IMG/VR virus record: IMGVR_UViG_3300008459_000031
Span: 7,631-71,630 of that record
Source: a virus
Length of the DNA stretch: 64,000 nt
Direction: 5' to 3' (one strand)
Shown here: in pieces, positions 1 through 10,370 of the stretch
Position numbering within the stretch: position 1 is the first letter of the stretch
Layout of the letters: each line of letters opens with the position of its first letter
Position numbers and translations under genes: made by a program
The notes under the pieces: model-generated
Seen by the model: the letters and a program-made list of their open reading frames with translations, nothing else
Databases searched by the model: none
What the model was told of the DNA's origin: nothing

Positions 1-45
1 CGTTGACTGAAAGATTGAAAAAGTAAATTTAAAACTTGACAAAGA

Positions 46-750
46 ATGGAGTTAGTACTTCCTACTGAAAGAGTTGCTGCTCTTCGTAAGAGTCCGAGAC
101 ACATGATTATCTACGGACCACCAAAGATTGGTAAAACAACAGCACTAGCTAAACTCGACGGATGCTTAATCATAGACCTAGAGCAAGGGTCGGATATGGT
201 TGAAGCTCTTAAAGTTAAAGCCAATAACTTGAGTGAGTTAAGTCAAATCGGTAAAGCAATTATGAAAGCTGGAAAGCCTTACAAATATATTGCTATCGAT
301 ACTTTGACACAGCTAGAAGTCTGGGCAGAATCAGATGCAAAAGAACTCTATCGTCAAACTCCGATGGGGAAGAACTTCGATCCTGATAACAAAGGATTAT
401 CAGTACTTTCTCTTCCACAAGGTGCAGGCTATTTGTATTTACGAATGGCTATCAAGAAGTGGATGGATAGACTAGAGCAGTTATCTGATCACATTATCTA
501 CATCGGTCACTTAAAAGATAAGCAGATCGAGAAGAAAGGTAAAGAGGTATCAGCTAAAGATTTAGACTTGACTGGTAAGATCCGTAACATTGCTTGTGCT
601 AATTCAGATGCCATTGGGTATGTGTATAGACAAGAAGGAAAGACCATGATCTCGTTTAATTCTAACGATGATATCAATGCAGGTTCACGTTGTGAACATC
701 TAAAAGGTCAAGAGATGGAACTTGACTGGAGTAAAATTTATATTGATTAA
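46..750 (+). CDS. AAA-family (AAA_24/Sak4-like) ATPase, recombination/replication
   Basis: Walker A GPPKIGKT, IIDLEQG, Walker B-like IAIDTLT; upstream of SSB-like and primase genes. Confidence 0.8.
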   Translation: MELVLPTERVAALRKSPRHMIIYGPPKIGKTTALAKLDGCLIIDLEQGSDMVEALKVKANNLSELSQIGKAIMKAGKPYKYIAIDTLTQLEVWAESDAKELYRQTPMGKNFDPDNKGLSVLSLPQGAGYLYLRMAIKKWMDRLEQLSDHIIYIGHLKDKQIEKKGKEVSAKDLDLTGKIRNIACANSDAIGYVYRQEGKTMISFNSNDDINAGSRCEHLKGQEMELDWSKIYID

Positions 751-770
751 CCCCTTAAAAATTAAAGAAA

Positions 771-1082
771 ATGTCTATAGAGGCAAATGTTCAAAATTCA
801 CCAACAGTAGAATCAACTACTGAAAATACTGGTAAAGTTGTATTAACTGTTACTGGAATCATCAACGACTTAAACGACGGTATCGATCGTGATGGTATTG
901 CAACTAAGTATGGCTTGACTAAAGCTGAAGTAACTGAAATCTTTAAGCACCCTAAACTTGTAGGATTACGTGCTCGTAAGAAGATTCAAGTTAGATTCAC
1001 TCTAGTTGATGATACTATAGTTCCAACTTCAGCCGTAGTAGATCCTAATCAGATGTCTATATTAGATGCTGAAGGTGTATGA
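771..1082 (+). CDS. hypothetical protein, possible HTH
   Basis: A-rich start context; GIDRDGIATKYGLTKAEVTEIF resembles a helix-turn-helix. Confidence 0.5.
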   Translation: MSIEANVQNSPTVESTTENTGKVVLTVTGIINDLNDGIDRDGIATKYGLTKAEVTEIFKHPKLVGLRARKKIQVRFTLVDDTIVPTSAVVDPNQMSILDAEGV

Positions 1083-1171
1083 ATAGCAGAGTGGGAAAGC
1101 AGATTCTTAATGAGAGAAGATGCTGACCCTATTTACAAAATGTTTTATTAAATTTTAAAATCAAAATAAAA

Positions 1172-1942
1172 ATGGCAATTGCGTCAAACAATTCAGAAGA
1201 AGTAGTAGCAGGTGGTGGTATCACCTTGTACACAGGTATTGCACCAGTTAATGTAGTAGCAGTTAATCCTACATTAACAGAGTTGCAAGCTATTGGAATC
1301 AATGCTCAGAAAGATCCTGAGTATAATGTAGAAATCAATAACGAAGAGTACAATAAGATTGTATTTTATCTTCGTCATGAGTCCCCTAACTTCACAGTTA
1401 GATTTGAGATTCTTATGCAACCAAAGCATCGTGCATCTCAATCTGGGGAGAAGTTTATGTGGGTAAATAACATAGGTCAGATGACTTGGAGTGCAGACGT
1501 TCCAGCTTACGATTGGTGGAAGAATGCAGACAAGACTCGTAAGGCTTATGTTGGTGAGGATACTCTTATTAACTTCACTAAAGCTTGGGCTAACGTAGCT
1601 AATGGTGGAGAAGTATCATTCGATACTATCGATGCTATTGCTAAAGGTGATGTTAAAGAGCTAAAAGAGTATGTTAAAGTCTTAGCTGACAATAAGTTAC
1701 GTGTACTTATCGGTGTTAAAGATGAGAAGTATCAGACAGTTTATAACCGTCACTTCGGAAGATTAAAGCCGATGAGAGATGATTTGTTTATCAAAGCTTT
1801 AAATGAAGACTATGGCTCCTTCAATGCTGAGTATTCAAAAGATTTGAAATTAGGTATTTATAGTCCAGGCTTAATCACAGCTGACAAAGCAACTGAGAAT
1901 CAAGCAGTTGCAGTAGATGCAGGTGATGATTGGGATGCATAA
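1172..1942 (+). CDS. putative single-stranded DNA-binding protein
   Basis: Acidic/aromatic C-terminal tail (DAGDDWDA); lies between ATPase and primase; followed by terminator. Confidence 0.6.
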   Translation: MAIASNNSEEVVAGGGITLYTGIAPVNVVAVNPTLTELQAIGINAQKDPEYNVEINNEEYNKIVFYLRHESPNFTVRFEILMQPKHRASQSGEKFMWVNNIGQMTWSADVPAYDWWKNADKTRKAYVGEDTLINFTKAWANVANGGEVSFDTIDAIAKGDVKELKEYVKVLADNKLRVLIGVKDEKYQTVYNRHFGRLKPMRDDLFIKALNEDYGSFNAEYSKDLKLGIYSPGLITADKATENQAVAVDAGDDWDA

Positions 1943-1963
1943 ACCAACAACCAAAAAACAATT

Positions 1964-1990
1964 AGGGGGATTTATTCCCCCTTTTGTTTT
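1964..1990 (+). terminator. intrinsic terminator
   Basis: AGGGGGA-tttat-TCCCCCT stem followed by TTTGTTTT. Confidence 0.75.
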
Positions 1991-2005
1991 TAAATTAGCA
2001 GCTTT

Positions 2006-2989
2006 ATGATTGAGTCGAGAAGTAGTGAAGCATATTTGCATAAGGATGCTATCTTATGTCAAATCTCTGAGTATGATATATTCAGATACTATTGCCATAA
2101 TTTCAAGAACTTGAATGAGAAATTCTGCAGTGAGTTAAGATTAGACAATAATCCTACCTGTTCTATTGTGTATTGGAATAATAAGTTGTTGTATAAGGAC
2201 TTTGGTAGTGGGGAGAGTCATGATTGTTTCTCATACATTCAAAGAAAATATGGCTTGACATATTCAGAAGCTCTTAAAGTAATAGATACTGACTTTGGGT
2301 TGGGATTGCAACGTGGGGTGGTTAACAAAGTTGCTATTGAGCTTACTTATGGAGATCCTGTTTATGTTGAGAAGAGGCCAGTTAAAATTCAGAAGAGAGC
2401 AAGAGAGTGGAATCAAGAAGATAAAAATTTCTGGTCTCAATTTAACATCCCTCGTTCACTGTTAATTAAATTTAATGTTCAACCTATAGATTACTTTTGG
2501 ATAAATGAAGCACGTTATACATGTCACACTCCTAGTTATGTATATAATTTGGGTGGTCGTTATAAAATCTACAGACCATATGAAACTGATGGTAAGTGGT
2601 TTAGTAACACAACTAAAGAAGATATACAAGGATGGGATCAGTTGGTGGATAAAGGAGAGTTAGTTATACTTGCTTCATCTCTCAAAGATGTTATGTGTCT
2701 TAATGTATTGGGGTATCAAGCAATAGCTTTACAGAGTGAGATGCAGATGCCCAGTAAGACACTGATAGATAATCTAAAGGAAAGATTTAAAACTGTAGCT
2801 GTATTATATGATAATGATTATGAAAAAGAAAACAATCCAGGCCAAATGATGGCTAATAAAATTTGTTCAGAGTTTAATCTTATTAATGTAATTTTGCCAG
2901 CTCACTATAAATCTAAAGATATATCGGACTTCATTAAAAATAATGGACAAGATATAGCTTATATGATAGTTAAAATACAATTACCATGA
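2006..2989 (+). CDS. DNA primase (Toprim, crAss-like)
   Basis: N-terminal FCSELRLDNNPTCS..YKDFG..DCF; Toprim-like SSLKDVM, LYDND, KDISDF. Confidence 0.8.
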   Translation: MIESRSSEAYLHKDAILCQISEYDIFRYYCHNFKNLNEKFCSELRLDNNPTCSIVYWNNKLLYKDFGSGESHDCFSYIQRKYGLTYSEALKVIDTDFGLGLQRGVVNKVAIELTYGDPVYVEKRPVKIQKRAREWNQEDKNFWSQFNIPRSLLIKFNVQPIDYFWINEARYTCHTPSYVYNLGGRYKIYRPYETDGKWFSNTTKEDIQGWDQLVDKGELVILASSLKDVMCLNVLGYQAIALQSEMQMPSKTLIDNLKERFKTVAVLYDNDYEKENNPGQMMANKICSEFNLINVILPAHYKSKDISDFIKNNGQDIAYMIVKIQLP

Positions 2990-3195
2990 ACTCACCATAC
3001 TATACAGACCCTGCAGTTAGAGATAGAATAGATCAAATTCTACAAAAATGTGCAACTTTATTTTCTAATCTCGGAACTTCTACTAACTTTGACGTACAAA
3101 ACACAGTTACGGCAAAGCAAACAGAAAAACAATGGCTAAAAGAAATCCAGCTCCTCGATCCAGAGTTCTACGAAAAGGTAAAACCTCAGGATTAA
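2986..3195 (+). CDS. hypothetical protein
   Basis: ATGA overlap with the primase stop codon. Confidence 0.55.
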   Translation: MNSPYYTDPAVRDRIDQILQKCATLFSNLGTSTNFDVQNTVTAKQTEKQWLKEIQLLDPEFYEKVKPQD

Positions 3196-3623
3196 ATAAA
3201 GGCAAAATAAAATCTAGATCTAAAGAAGTCGATGGGATTAAGTTCAAATCGATGCTAGAAGTATTTTGCTATAAGAAGCTGAAAGAAGCCAAGTTAGATT
3301 TTGAATATGAAGAACATGTTTGGAATTTGATGGAAGGGTTTAACTACCCTGCTATGTCTTTTGAGAATAGGTCTACAGGAGTTTTTGAGGACAGGAGTAA
3401 GGATAAGGTTAGAGCCATTACCTACACTCCAGACTTTGTCTGCATGAAAGATGGTAAACCTGTATGGGTTATAGAGTGCAAAGGTTTTGCTAATGACCGT
3501 TTCCCTAATACTTGGAAAAACTTCAAGAGAAAACTTATAGAAGACGGTACACCTTGTCCACTCTTTGTCCCCAAAAATCAAAAACAAATTATAGAAGTAA
3601 TTAAGCTCATCTCAGAGCTTTAA
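3132..3623 (+). CDS. PD-(D/E)xK endonuclease (T7 endonuclease I/resolvase-like)
   Basis: FKSMLE, FEYE, YTPDF, IECKG motifs. Confidence 0.8.
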   Translation: MAKRNPAPRSRVLRKGKTSGLNKGKIKSRSKEVDGIKFKSMLEVFCYKKLKEAKLDFEYEEHVWNLMEGFNYPAMSFENRSTGVFEDRSKDKVRAITYTPDFVCMKDGKPVWVIECKGFANDRFPNTWKNFKRKLIEDGTPCPLFVPKNQKQIIEVIKLISEL

Positions 3624-3634
3624 ATTAAAAGATT

Positions 3635-4000
3635 ATGAGTCTTACAATTAATGAAGACTCTAAATATCTTAAGCCACATACATTTCAGAAGGGAGATTTA
3701 ATCTTCATTGCTATTGGGAATAGAATTGATATTGCTATTTACGATACAGCTGTTAGTGATGATAAGATTTATTATTTACACCTATGCAGCTGGTGGAATC
3801 GTTTAGATGATTACAACAAAGTATATCCTGATGGTAATAAGAGTTGGTTAAATAAAAAGGTTAATAATCCAGAAGCAGGAGCAAGAGATTTTACTAACAC
3901 TCATGCAAATAAGAGGATTATACCTATCCCAAGAGAAATGTGTACTAAGATGTTATTAGAGATTCAACACGATTACAAAAAAGCTAGAAACTTATTATGA
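3635..4000 (+). CDS. hypothetical protein
   Basis: In-operon ORF; stop overlaps rIIA start (ATGA). Confidence 0.55.
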   Translation: MSLTINEDSKYLKPHTFQKGDLIFIAIGNRIDIAIYDTAVSDDKIYYLHLCSWWNRLDDYNKVYPDGNKSWLNKKVNNPEAGARDFTNTHANKRIIPIPREMCTKMLLEIQHDYKKARNLL

Positions 4001-6819
4001 GTATCAAACAGATTGACAACGAGTTTGTCGGATCAGACACTGGTGTTGCTAAACGAATTAATCGTGGTGCAGAAAAGCTAGTGTTTGACATATTACAAGC
4101 CACACAGTATTCTACTCCAATCCCTTCAACCGTCAGAGAGCTGGTAACAAATGCCTGCGATTCTCAACGAGAGAAGGAAATTGCAATAGAGATATTGACT
4201 GGGCAGAAAACCGTGGAAGATTATTACATCAACCGAGAAGGAGAGCAGTACGAAGACAGTAACTTCGATCCAGACTATTATAGTCTTCCTCATTTTGATG
4301 TACAGAATCACCACGTTGACGTTTATTACAAGCACAATGCTGGAGTTGGATATTGTGACCAGTTCATAATTAAAGACTACGGTGTTGGTATCGGGGGTAG
4401 ACGTTTAGAAGGTATCCTAGAATTAGGTTATTCAACTAAACGTAATACCTCAGAGAATTTTGGTGCCTTCGGTTTGGGTGCTAAAGTTGCATTATCTACC
4501 GGTGTAGACTTCTACACTATTGAAACCATTTATCAAGGGAAACGATTCAAAGCAAACTGCTTTAATTACAAGACTGATTTCTTAATTCCACGATTCAATC
4601 TTAGTACAGGCCAAGAGAATCCATACATCACATTTTCTGATGGGACAAAAGTTTATTACGAGCCAACTACAGAGTTAAACAGAACTGAGATTTCATTTGG
4701 GGTAAAGAAGCATAATGCAGATCGTTTCATAGATGCAGTCAGTGAGCAATTAACTTACTTGAGTAATGTTAGATTTTATGTGGTTGAAGAGAATGGGTAT
4801 GAAAGAGAGATTGACTTCAAGCCTAGTATTATCTACAACTCAAAGCATTTGATTATCACTGAGAGTAACTACTATGCACGTCCACATATTGTCATTGTTA
4901 AAGCAGAAGGTGCAACCACTGGTATTAACTATGGTCACGTGGATTTCCGAGAGTTGGAGATGGAGCAGTTATATGGGGCAGTTGGTCTGAAGTGTCCTAT
5001 ACGACAAGTGTACAAGAATGAACAGGGGGAAGAAGTAGTTATTCAAGAGGGAGTCGATGTTACTCCGAGCCGTGAGAAAGTAATCTGGTCTGATCATACT
5101 AAACAGTTTGTTCAGAGCTTGATTATTAAAGCAGGTGAGGAAGCAACAGAGCTTGTGCAAGAGAGGCTGAACGAAACAGATTTCTTGAAGTGGGTAGATG
5201 CATGTAAGAATGTAGTATTCTCAGGAAGACTTGACAATGATTATTCTGCTAATGGTAAAGTACTACAGTCTATGAGTAGAATCATTGACACGAAATCTTT
5301 AAAGCCGGTATACCCAGTGAACAAACGAATTAAGTTTGAGCACATGGGGAAGGTATTTGAAGGATTCAATGTCAGACTTCATACTTTGTCTAACAAGCTT
5401 GAGAACGGAGAGTTTAAGATAGTATCTAATACTACTGATGTTGATACTTGGGAAAAGTTCGACATCTCTAAGGTGTATTTTAGAAAGGAAGGATTTACCA
5501 GACTCAAAGATGCATATCTTATGAAAGAGAATGGTGGTTCTTTTATATCTATCAGAAAGAAATCCACTCAGGATTTAGAGGACAAGTGTGATGATCCTGC
5601 TACACGACCAGAAGATTTAGTATTGTATGAAGCTGAGTTAGGGAAGATTAAGAGAAACCAATTAGAAATTGAGAAGTACCTATCAGAGTCAGAAAGCTAC
5701 AGAGTTTATGATGATGTGATAGTTCCTGATGACTTTGAGGCTAGTCTTAAACAAGAGGAAGATACTCTAGCTGCTACAGGTGGAGGAACAATTAAACTTA
5801 CTCCTGCTGAACTTCGTGAGTTGAACAAGCAGATTGTAGGTTACACTGTTCGTGAGTCTACTTCAAGACAAGGAATTCATTGGAATGATTCTGTGTGGGA
5901 TAAGGTAGAGCCAAAGTTATCTGAACTTAGAGCCACTGAAACTCTTATCTACTATGGTACAGATGAAGATGGGGAGAAGCTTAAGTTAGCTGCTGAGATA
6001 ATGAAAAGATTTGCTCCAAGTATTTCAGAGGTTTATCCTGGCTGTGTTCATACTCCTCCTTATTCTAATAGTAGACAGGATCCTATGCATTTCTACATGT
6101 GTACTCCTACAAGATTTACTAATAATAAAGGAGAGCTGTATGAATATACTATGGGATCTAAAGTCAATAGAGACTTTAAAACCCCACAGTTAATTAAGCT
6201 CAGTGAAGCCAATGTAAGACAAGTGAAGAATGTAGCAAATATCAGACATATCGATGAGTTTTTCTACACAGTGACTGAGAATGACTACATTACTTGTAGT
6301 CCTTATCTTAGAATATACTATGCTGCTCATCGTCTTGAAACTTGTGATCTTAAGCATTTCTTTAATCATCTGCAGTCTATCAATCCTTTGTTTGGTAAGA
6401 TGTATGATCAGATTATGGAAGTTACAGGCAAGATATCTATTAAAGTAAAGAATAGCACTCATCCATTAATTAATGAAGTGTTTACAAGACTGAATAAGAT
6501 GTATGCTTTAGAGTATGTATGCAAAACTTCTCCTGATGATAAGGAGACTATTGCTAATACAGCAAGCAGCTTGTTTATGCTAGCAGACATTCCAGGAGCT
6601 GAGATTCGTATTCCAGGGTTTGAGGCTGTATATTCTTTCTATAAAGATTTCATAGAGACTTCTCAACATATCCTAACTCAGATTTCTAGTTATAAGTTTG
6701 ATGAGGAAGATACGAAACGTGAGATTCAGCTGTATCTAAAAGCAAAAGGGTTACTCGAAATGACCATTCCTGTTGAAGAAATAAATGAGTTCGAGTCATT
6801 TGTTTCACTAAATTTGTAA
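3997..6819 (+). CDS. rIIA: rIIA-like protein with N-terminal GHKL (HSP90-like) ATPase
   Basis: RELVTNACDS, DYGVG, STKR, GAFGLGAK GHKL motifs; DVTPSRE; paired with rIIB-like gene. Confidence 0.8.
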   Translation: MSIKQIDNEFVGSDTGVAKRINRGAEKLVFDILQATQYSTPIPSTVRELVTNACDSQREKEIAIEILTGQKTVEDYYINREGEQYEDSNFDPDYYSLPHFDVQNHHVDVYYKHNAGVGYCDQFIIKDYGVGIGGRRLEGILELGYSTKRNTSENFGAFGLGAKVALSTGVDFYTIETIYQGKRFKANCFNYKTDFLIPRFNLSTGQENPYITFSDGTKVYYEPTTELNRTEISFGVKKHNADRFIDAVSEQLTYLSNVRFYVVEENGYEREIDFKPSIIYNSKHLIITESNYYARPHIVIVKAEGATTGINYGHVDFRELEMEQLYGAVGLKCPIRQVYKNEQGEEVVIQEGVDVTPSREKVIWSDHTKQFVQSLIIKAGEEATELVQERLNETDFLKWVDACKNVVFSGRLDNDYSANGKVLQSMSRIIDTKSLKPVYPVNKRIKFEHMGKVFEGFNVRLHTLSNKLENGEFKIVSNTTDVDTWEKFDISKVYFRKEGFTRLKDAYLMKENGGSFISIRKKSTQDLEDKCDDPATRPEDLVLYEAELGKIKRNQLEIEKYLSESESYRVYDDVIVPDDFEASLKQEEDTLAATGGGTIKLTPAELRELNKQIVGYTVRESTSRQGIHWNDSVWDKVEPKLSELRATETLIYYGTDEDGEKLKLAAEIMKRFAPSISEVYPGCVHTPPYSNSRQDPMHFYMCTPTRFTNNKGELYEYTMGSKVNRDFKTPQLIKLSEANVRQVKNVANIRHIDEFFYTVTENDYITCSPYLRIYYAAHRLETCDLKHFFNHLQSINPLFGKMYDQIMEVTGKISIKVKNSTHPLINEVFTRLNKMYALEYVCKTSPDDKETIANTASSLFMLADIPGAEIRIPGFEAVYSFYKDFIETSQHILTQISSYKFDEEDTKREIQLYLKAKGLLEMTIPVEEINEFESFVSLNL
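6809..6816 (+). promoter_or_regulatory. Bacteroidota-type -7 promoter box (TAAATTTG) upstream of rIIB
   Basis: Matches TAnnTTTG, 26 nt before the ATG at 6843. Confidence 0.45.
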
Positions 6820-6842
6820 TACAAATAATAACAAAATCTTAT

Positions 6843-8012
6843 ATGATTAGTTTAAATGTAATCGATGGAAACATCGTAGGATCTTACGGAGAGAAGTCAT
6901 TCTCTGTAACGTACACTGAAGAGTTGTACAAACAAATGCAAGAGTTAGCTAAAAAAGCTGATGAGGTAAACTCTATGGCTGATTTAAAAGTTATCTTAGA
7001 TACTTTTGATGGTTTAGCTGTTGAAGATTATACTAAGCTTATTCAAGATAAGTGTGAACACATTTATGTGAATAAAGCTACTGGTGAATTCTTCTTGAAG
7101 ACTGGAGATGTAATATCTAATATTCCAATGCCAGCAGCATTAGTAGAGAGAATCTACGAATCTATGGACATGGGGTTAGATTTCATGCCACTTATCAAGA
7201 TGTGGACTCGTTGGTTACGTAACCCGATTCTTTGGAAGAAGATGTATCATGGGAAAGGGGTTGAATTTTCTACAAGATTCTTTAACTTTATTAACTTGAA
7301 GTATGTTCACCCTGTTCTTTACAAAGAACTTACCGAAGAGAAAGGTTTGAGCCCTGACGTAGCAATAAAGAAAGCTACGATGTATCAAATGAAAATCACC
7401 AAGGAAGGTTTGCTCAATGGTTACAAGGTATCTACAGAAGTATTGCACAAGTTTGATGCAGAATCTGGAGAGATGGTAGACCGTTACAAACGTACATTCA
7501 ATGTAGACACTGGAGAAATTGAGTCAGAAGGCTTACCAGAGTTTGTTGAAGATCGTTTGTTTCAACCAGCTATCATGGGAACAAGTGGAGATGCATTCTA
7601 TTGTGAAGGACCAAATGGTTATGCTAACCCTGGCCACTTCATCAAAGTAGGATGTACTCATCGTCTTGCATCTTGGGATCAAGTTGATACTAATGACTAT
7701 AATTCTTGTGTACCTGGTTTACACTTCGGTGGTCTTGAGTATATCAACCGTATCTCAGGTGAGATTCATAACATCTTTGTAGACCCGATGCATATCGGAG
7801 CTGTTCCAGATGATTCAACTGGTGCTATTCGTTGTCTTCAGTATTTCGTGCATTCAAGTTTGGCAGGTGTAAATGGTTCTATTTATCACTCTTCAACTTA
7901 TGCATCTAAGACTGATGCTGAATGGGCAGAAGCTCGTAAAGAAGCAGTAGAGAAATGTTCTTCTAGTATTGAAGAAATAAAAGCAAAGATTGCTAGAATA
8001 AATAACATTTAA
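6843..8012 (+). CDS. rIIB: rIIB-like protein
   Basis: Follows rIIA; RWLRNP, ITKEGLLNGYK, CVPGLHFG, VDPMHIGAVP motifs. Confidence 0.75.
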   Translation: MISLNVIDGNIVGSYGEKSFSVTYTEELYKQMQELAKKADEVNSMADLKVILDTFDGLAVEDYTKLIQDKCEHIYVNKATGEFFLKTGDVISNIPMPAALVERIYESMDMGLDFMPLIKMWTRWLRNPILWKKMYHGKGVEFSTRFFNFINLKYVHPVLYKELTEEKGLSPDVAIKKATMYQMKITKEGLLNGYKVSTEVLHKFDAESGEMVDRYKRTFNVDTGEIESEGLPEFVEDRLFQPAIMGTSGDAFYCEGPNGYANPGHFIKVGCTHRLASWDQVDTNDYNSCVPGLHFGGLEYINRISGEIHNIFVDPMHIGAVPDDSTGAIRCLQYFVHSSLAGVNGSIYHSSTYASKTDAEWAEARKEAVEKCSSSIEEIKAKIARINNI

Positions 8013-8022
8013 ATTAAGTTCG

Positions 8023-8823
8023 ATGGAAGAAGTATTAGACCAGAGTGTAGGATCTGTGGAACCGATATGTCTAATTGATGGGGATAGCTTGATTTATTAT
8101 GAGATGGATAAACAGACTCTAGAGGAGGCCTTAAGAGGGCTAGACTCTAGGGTCTTAACCATCCTTGAGCAATGCAAAACTAGTCAGTACGTAGGATTTC
8201 TTACAGATTACAACTGCTTTAGATATAAAGTAGATGGTAATTATAAAGCTAATAGGAAACATAAACCTAAACCAGTCATATTCTATTCCCTTAGAGAGTA
8301 CCTTAAGCAGAAATGGGGATTCTATGGTATAGAAGGATTAGAGGCTGATGATCTTGTAAGCTATTATAGTAAGAATGAACCACGTAAAACAATCATCTGT
8401 TCTCCAGATAAAGATGTTCTTCATCAATGTTCAGGTATGCATTTTAATTATCGTACTGTAGAATTCCTTCACACATCTCCAGATGAAGCTAATCAGTTTC
8501 TTTGGAAGCAAGTGTTGATGGGAGATAGTACAGATAACATTACAGGTATACCAGGAGTTGGTGTTAAGACTGCTGAAAATTGGTTGAAGGGTAGGACTGC
8601 AGATGTCGAAGGATTTGTCTTGAGTCAATATATTAAAAAGTTTGGTAGTACTGAAGGTATTCATCAGTTCTATAGTAACTTTAGATTAGTATATTTACTA
8701 CAAGATGAGAATGATGTTAAACGGGAGTATGGGAAAAACCTACCTCCACTTAGTCCAATAACCTATTTAGAACCACAGCAAGATGAGTACATCGAGTCAA
8801 AGCATGATAACTACGAATGGTAG
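8023..8823 (+). CDS. 5'-3' exonuclease / flap endonuclease (T7 gp6/T4 RNase H-like)
   Basis: LIDGD, YKANR, LEADD, SPDKD, MGDSTDNITGIPGVG (H3TH) motifs. Confidence 0.9.
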   Translation: MEEVLDQSVGSVEPICLIDGDSLIYYEMDKQTLEEALRGLDSRVLTILEQCKTSQYVGFLTDYNCFRYKVDGNYKANRKHKPKPVIFYSLREYLKQKWGFYGIEGLEADDLVSYYSKNEPRKTIICSPDKDVLHQCSGMHFNYRTVEFLHTSPDEANQFLWKQVLMGDSTDNITGIPGVGVKTAENWLKGRTADVEGFVLSQYIKKFGSTEGIHQFYSNFRLVYLLQDENDVKREYGKNLPPLSPITYLEPQQDEYIESKHDNYEW

Positions 8824-9592
8824 TGTCACTTTTACACCAATAAATGGTAGAACAGTTCGAATGACTGGCAGCGTCATCGATTATAAACAAGAGATAGAGA
8901 ACGGAAATATAATAAAGCTATCTACAGATAATTTATTTGTAGAGATAGGATCTATAGTTAAAGCTAGAGCCAAGCTTTTATATAAAGTTAATCACATCAA
9001 TCCAGTTTATAATGCCGTGAATTTTTTAGTTGGTTATGATTTATCTATAGCTAAATCAAATAAGTCTAGTATATTTATCTGTCCAATGCTTGGAGGTAAT
9101 AGAGAATTATTTCTTTGGGATAAGTATCTAGTGAATACGTTTATAGGAACACCAGAAGAAGAGAATGTTATTTGTCTTCTTTATAGATGGAGTTCTGATA
9201 AATTATTTACTAAGTTTGAAGGAGCTTTACAAGCTTTTAAAACTTATAAATATCACGTAGATACAGATCCATTTCATGTTATGTATGTCTTTGATATACC
9301 AGACGGGATGAGAAATTCATTTGACTCTTTTGTTAAAGGTAAATATTCTGAAATAGATGATCTTGTTAAGCTAAAGATATTAGACTACCATAACTTTAAT
9401 ATGGACGGTACTACTGCAAAAATCCTTTTCAAGTCCCCTTCTCTAAAGAAACAATTAGAAGAAGAGTTAGACGTTTCAATTCCGATTGAGAATGAGTTAC
9501 ATTCTCCTCCAAAAATGATTGAAGAAAAATTTAATCCAGAGTACTATAAAATCGTTAAAAAGAATAAAGTAAATACAAAATTTTATGAGTAA
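8783..9592 (+). CDS. hypothetical protein
   Basis: 269-aa ORF overlapping both neighbours in the operon. Confidence 0.6.
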   Translation: MSTSSQSMITTNGSVTFTPINGRTVRMTGSVIDYKQEIENGNIIKLSTDNLFVEIGSIVKARAKLLYKVNHINPVYNAVNFLVGYDLSIAKSNKSSIFICPMLGGNRELFLWDKYLVNTFIGTPEEENVICLLYRWSSDKLFTKFEGALQAFKTYKYHVDTDPFHVMYVFDIPDGMRNSFDSFVKGKYSEIDDLVKLKILDYHNFNMDGTTAKILFKSPSLKKQLEEELDVSIPIENELHSPPKMIEEKFNPEYYKIVKKNKVNTKFYE

Positions 9593-10370
9593 AATGCTTA
9601 AACAACTTGGGGATTGGGTGTCTATTCGACAGGCAGTCATAGATGCTCATCCTCAAGAGTACAAGCAGCTCACAGACTTTGTTAAAACACAACGTTCAGA
9701 AGCCACTGTATATCCTGCTAGTCCAGAAGTATACAGGGCTTTTGAGTTGTGTCAACTTAAAGATCTGAGAGTTGTGATAATAGGACAAGATCCATATCAC
9801 AATGGAGCTGCTACAGGTTTAGCATTTGGTGTCAAGGTTGGTAATAAAATTAATCCTAGTCTGAGAGTTATCCGAGAAGAGATATACAATTCTCATGGTG
9901 TGGATAGCAAAGACAAGTCTATAGAATTTGATTACACTCTTGAACACCTAGCTAAACAAGGTGTGTTGTTATTAAATACTACTTTAACAGTGACTAAAGG
10001 AAGACCTAATTCTCATGAGCAATATTGGGGATGGTTTACTAAAGGTATTGTTAAAGAAATCTGTAAACAAGTAGACGGAGTTATATTCTTGCTATGGGGT
10101 AAGTTTGCTCAACAAGCATTTGGGGATATAATTAAAGAAGCAAATATGATGCATGATAAGCAGCATATAATGTTCAAAGCTTCTCATCCGGCTGCTGAGG
10201 TGTATGGAGGAAATGCTAAATTTATTGGGTGCAATCATTTTATTAAAGTAAATGAGATAGTTGCTACTCCTATTGACTGGTTTAAACTACCTGAAAAGTC
10301 AGATAGTTTAGACTTTGAAACTCAGTTAAATATTTATGAAAACCAAATTCATGGACAAGAACCATTTTGA
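9585..10370 (+). CDS. ung: uracil-DNA glycosylase (family 1)
   Basis: VVIIGQDPYH, GLAF, NPSL, QGVLLLN, FLLWG, SHPA motifs. Confidence 0.93.
   Translation: MSKMLKQLGDWVSIRQAVIDAHPQEYKQLTDFVKTQRSEATVYPASPEVYRAFELCQLKDLRVVIIGQDPYHNGAATGLAFGVKVGNKINPSLRVIREEIYNSHGVDSKDKSIEFDYTLEHLAKQGVLLLNTTLTVTKGRPNSHEQYWGWFTKGIVKEICKQVDGVIFLLWGKFAQQAFGDIIKEANMMHDKQHIMFKASHPAAEVYGGNAKFIGCNHFIKVNEIVATPIDWFKLPEKSDSLDFETQLNIYENQIHGQEPF

Noticed and set aside
1080-1151. TGA stop of ORF 771..1082 followed by 22 in-frame sense codons (IAEWESRFLMREDADPIYKMFY): possible TGA recoding as in some Crassvirales
   Set aside because: TGA serves as a true stop in ATGA overlaps (2986-2989, 3997-4000, 56376-56379), TAG ends other genes, and all large genes are intact under code 11. 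There is no sign of genome-wide reassignment.
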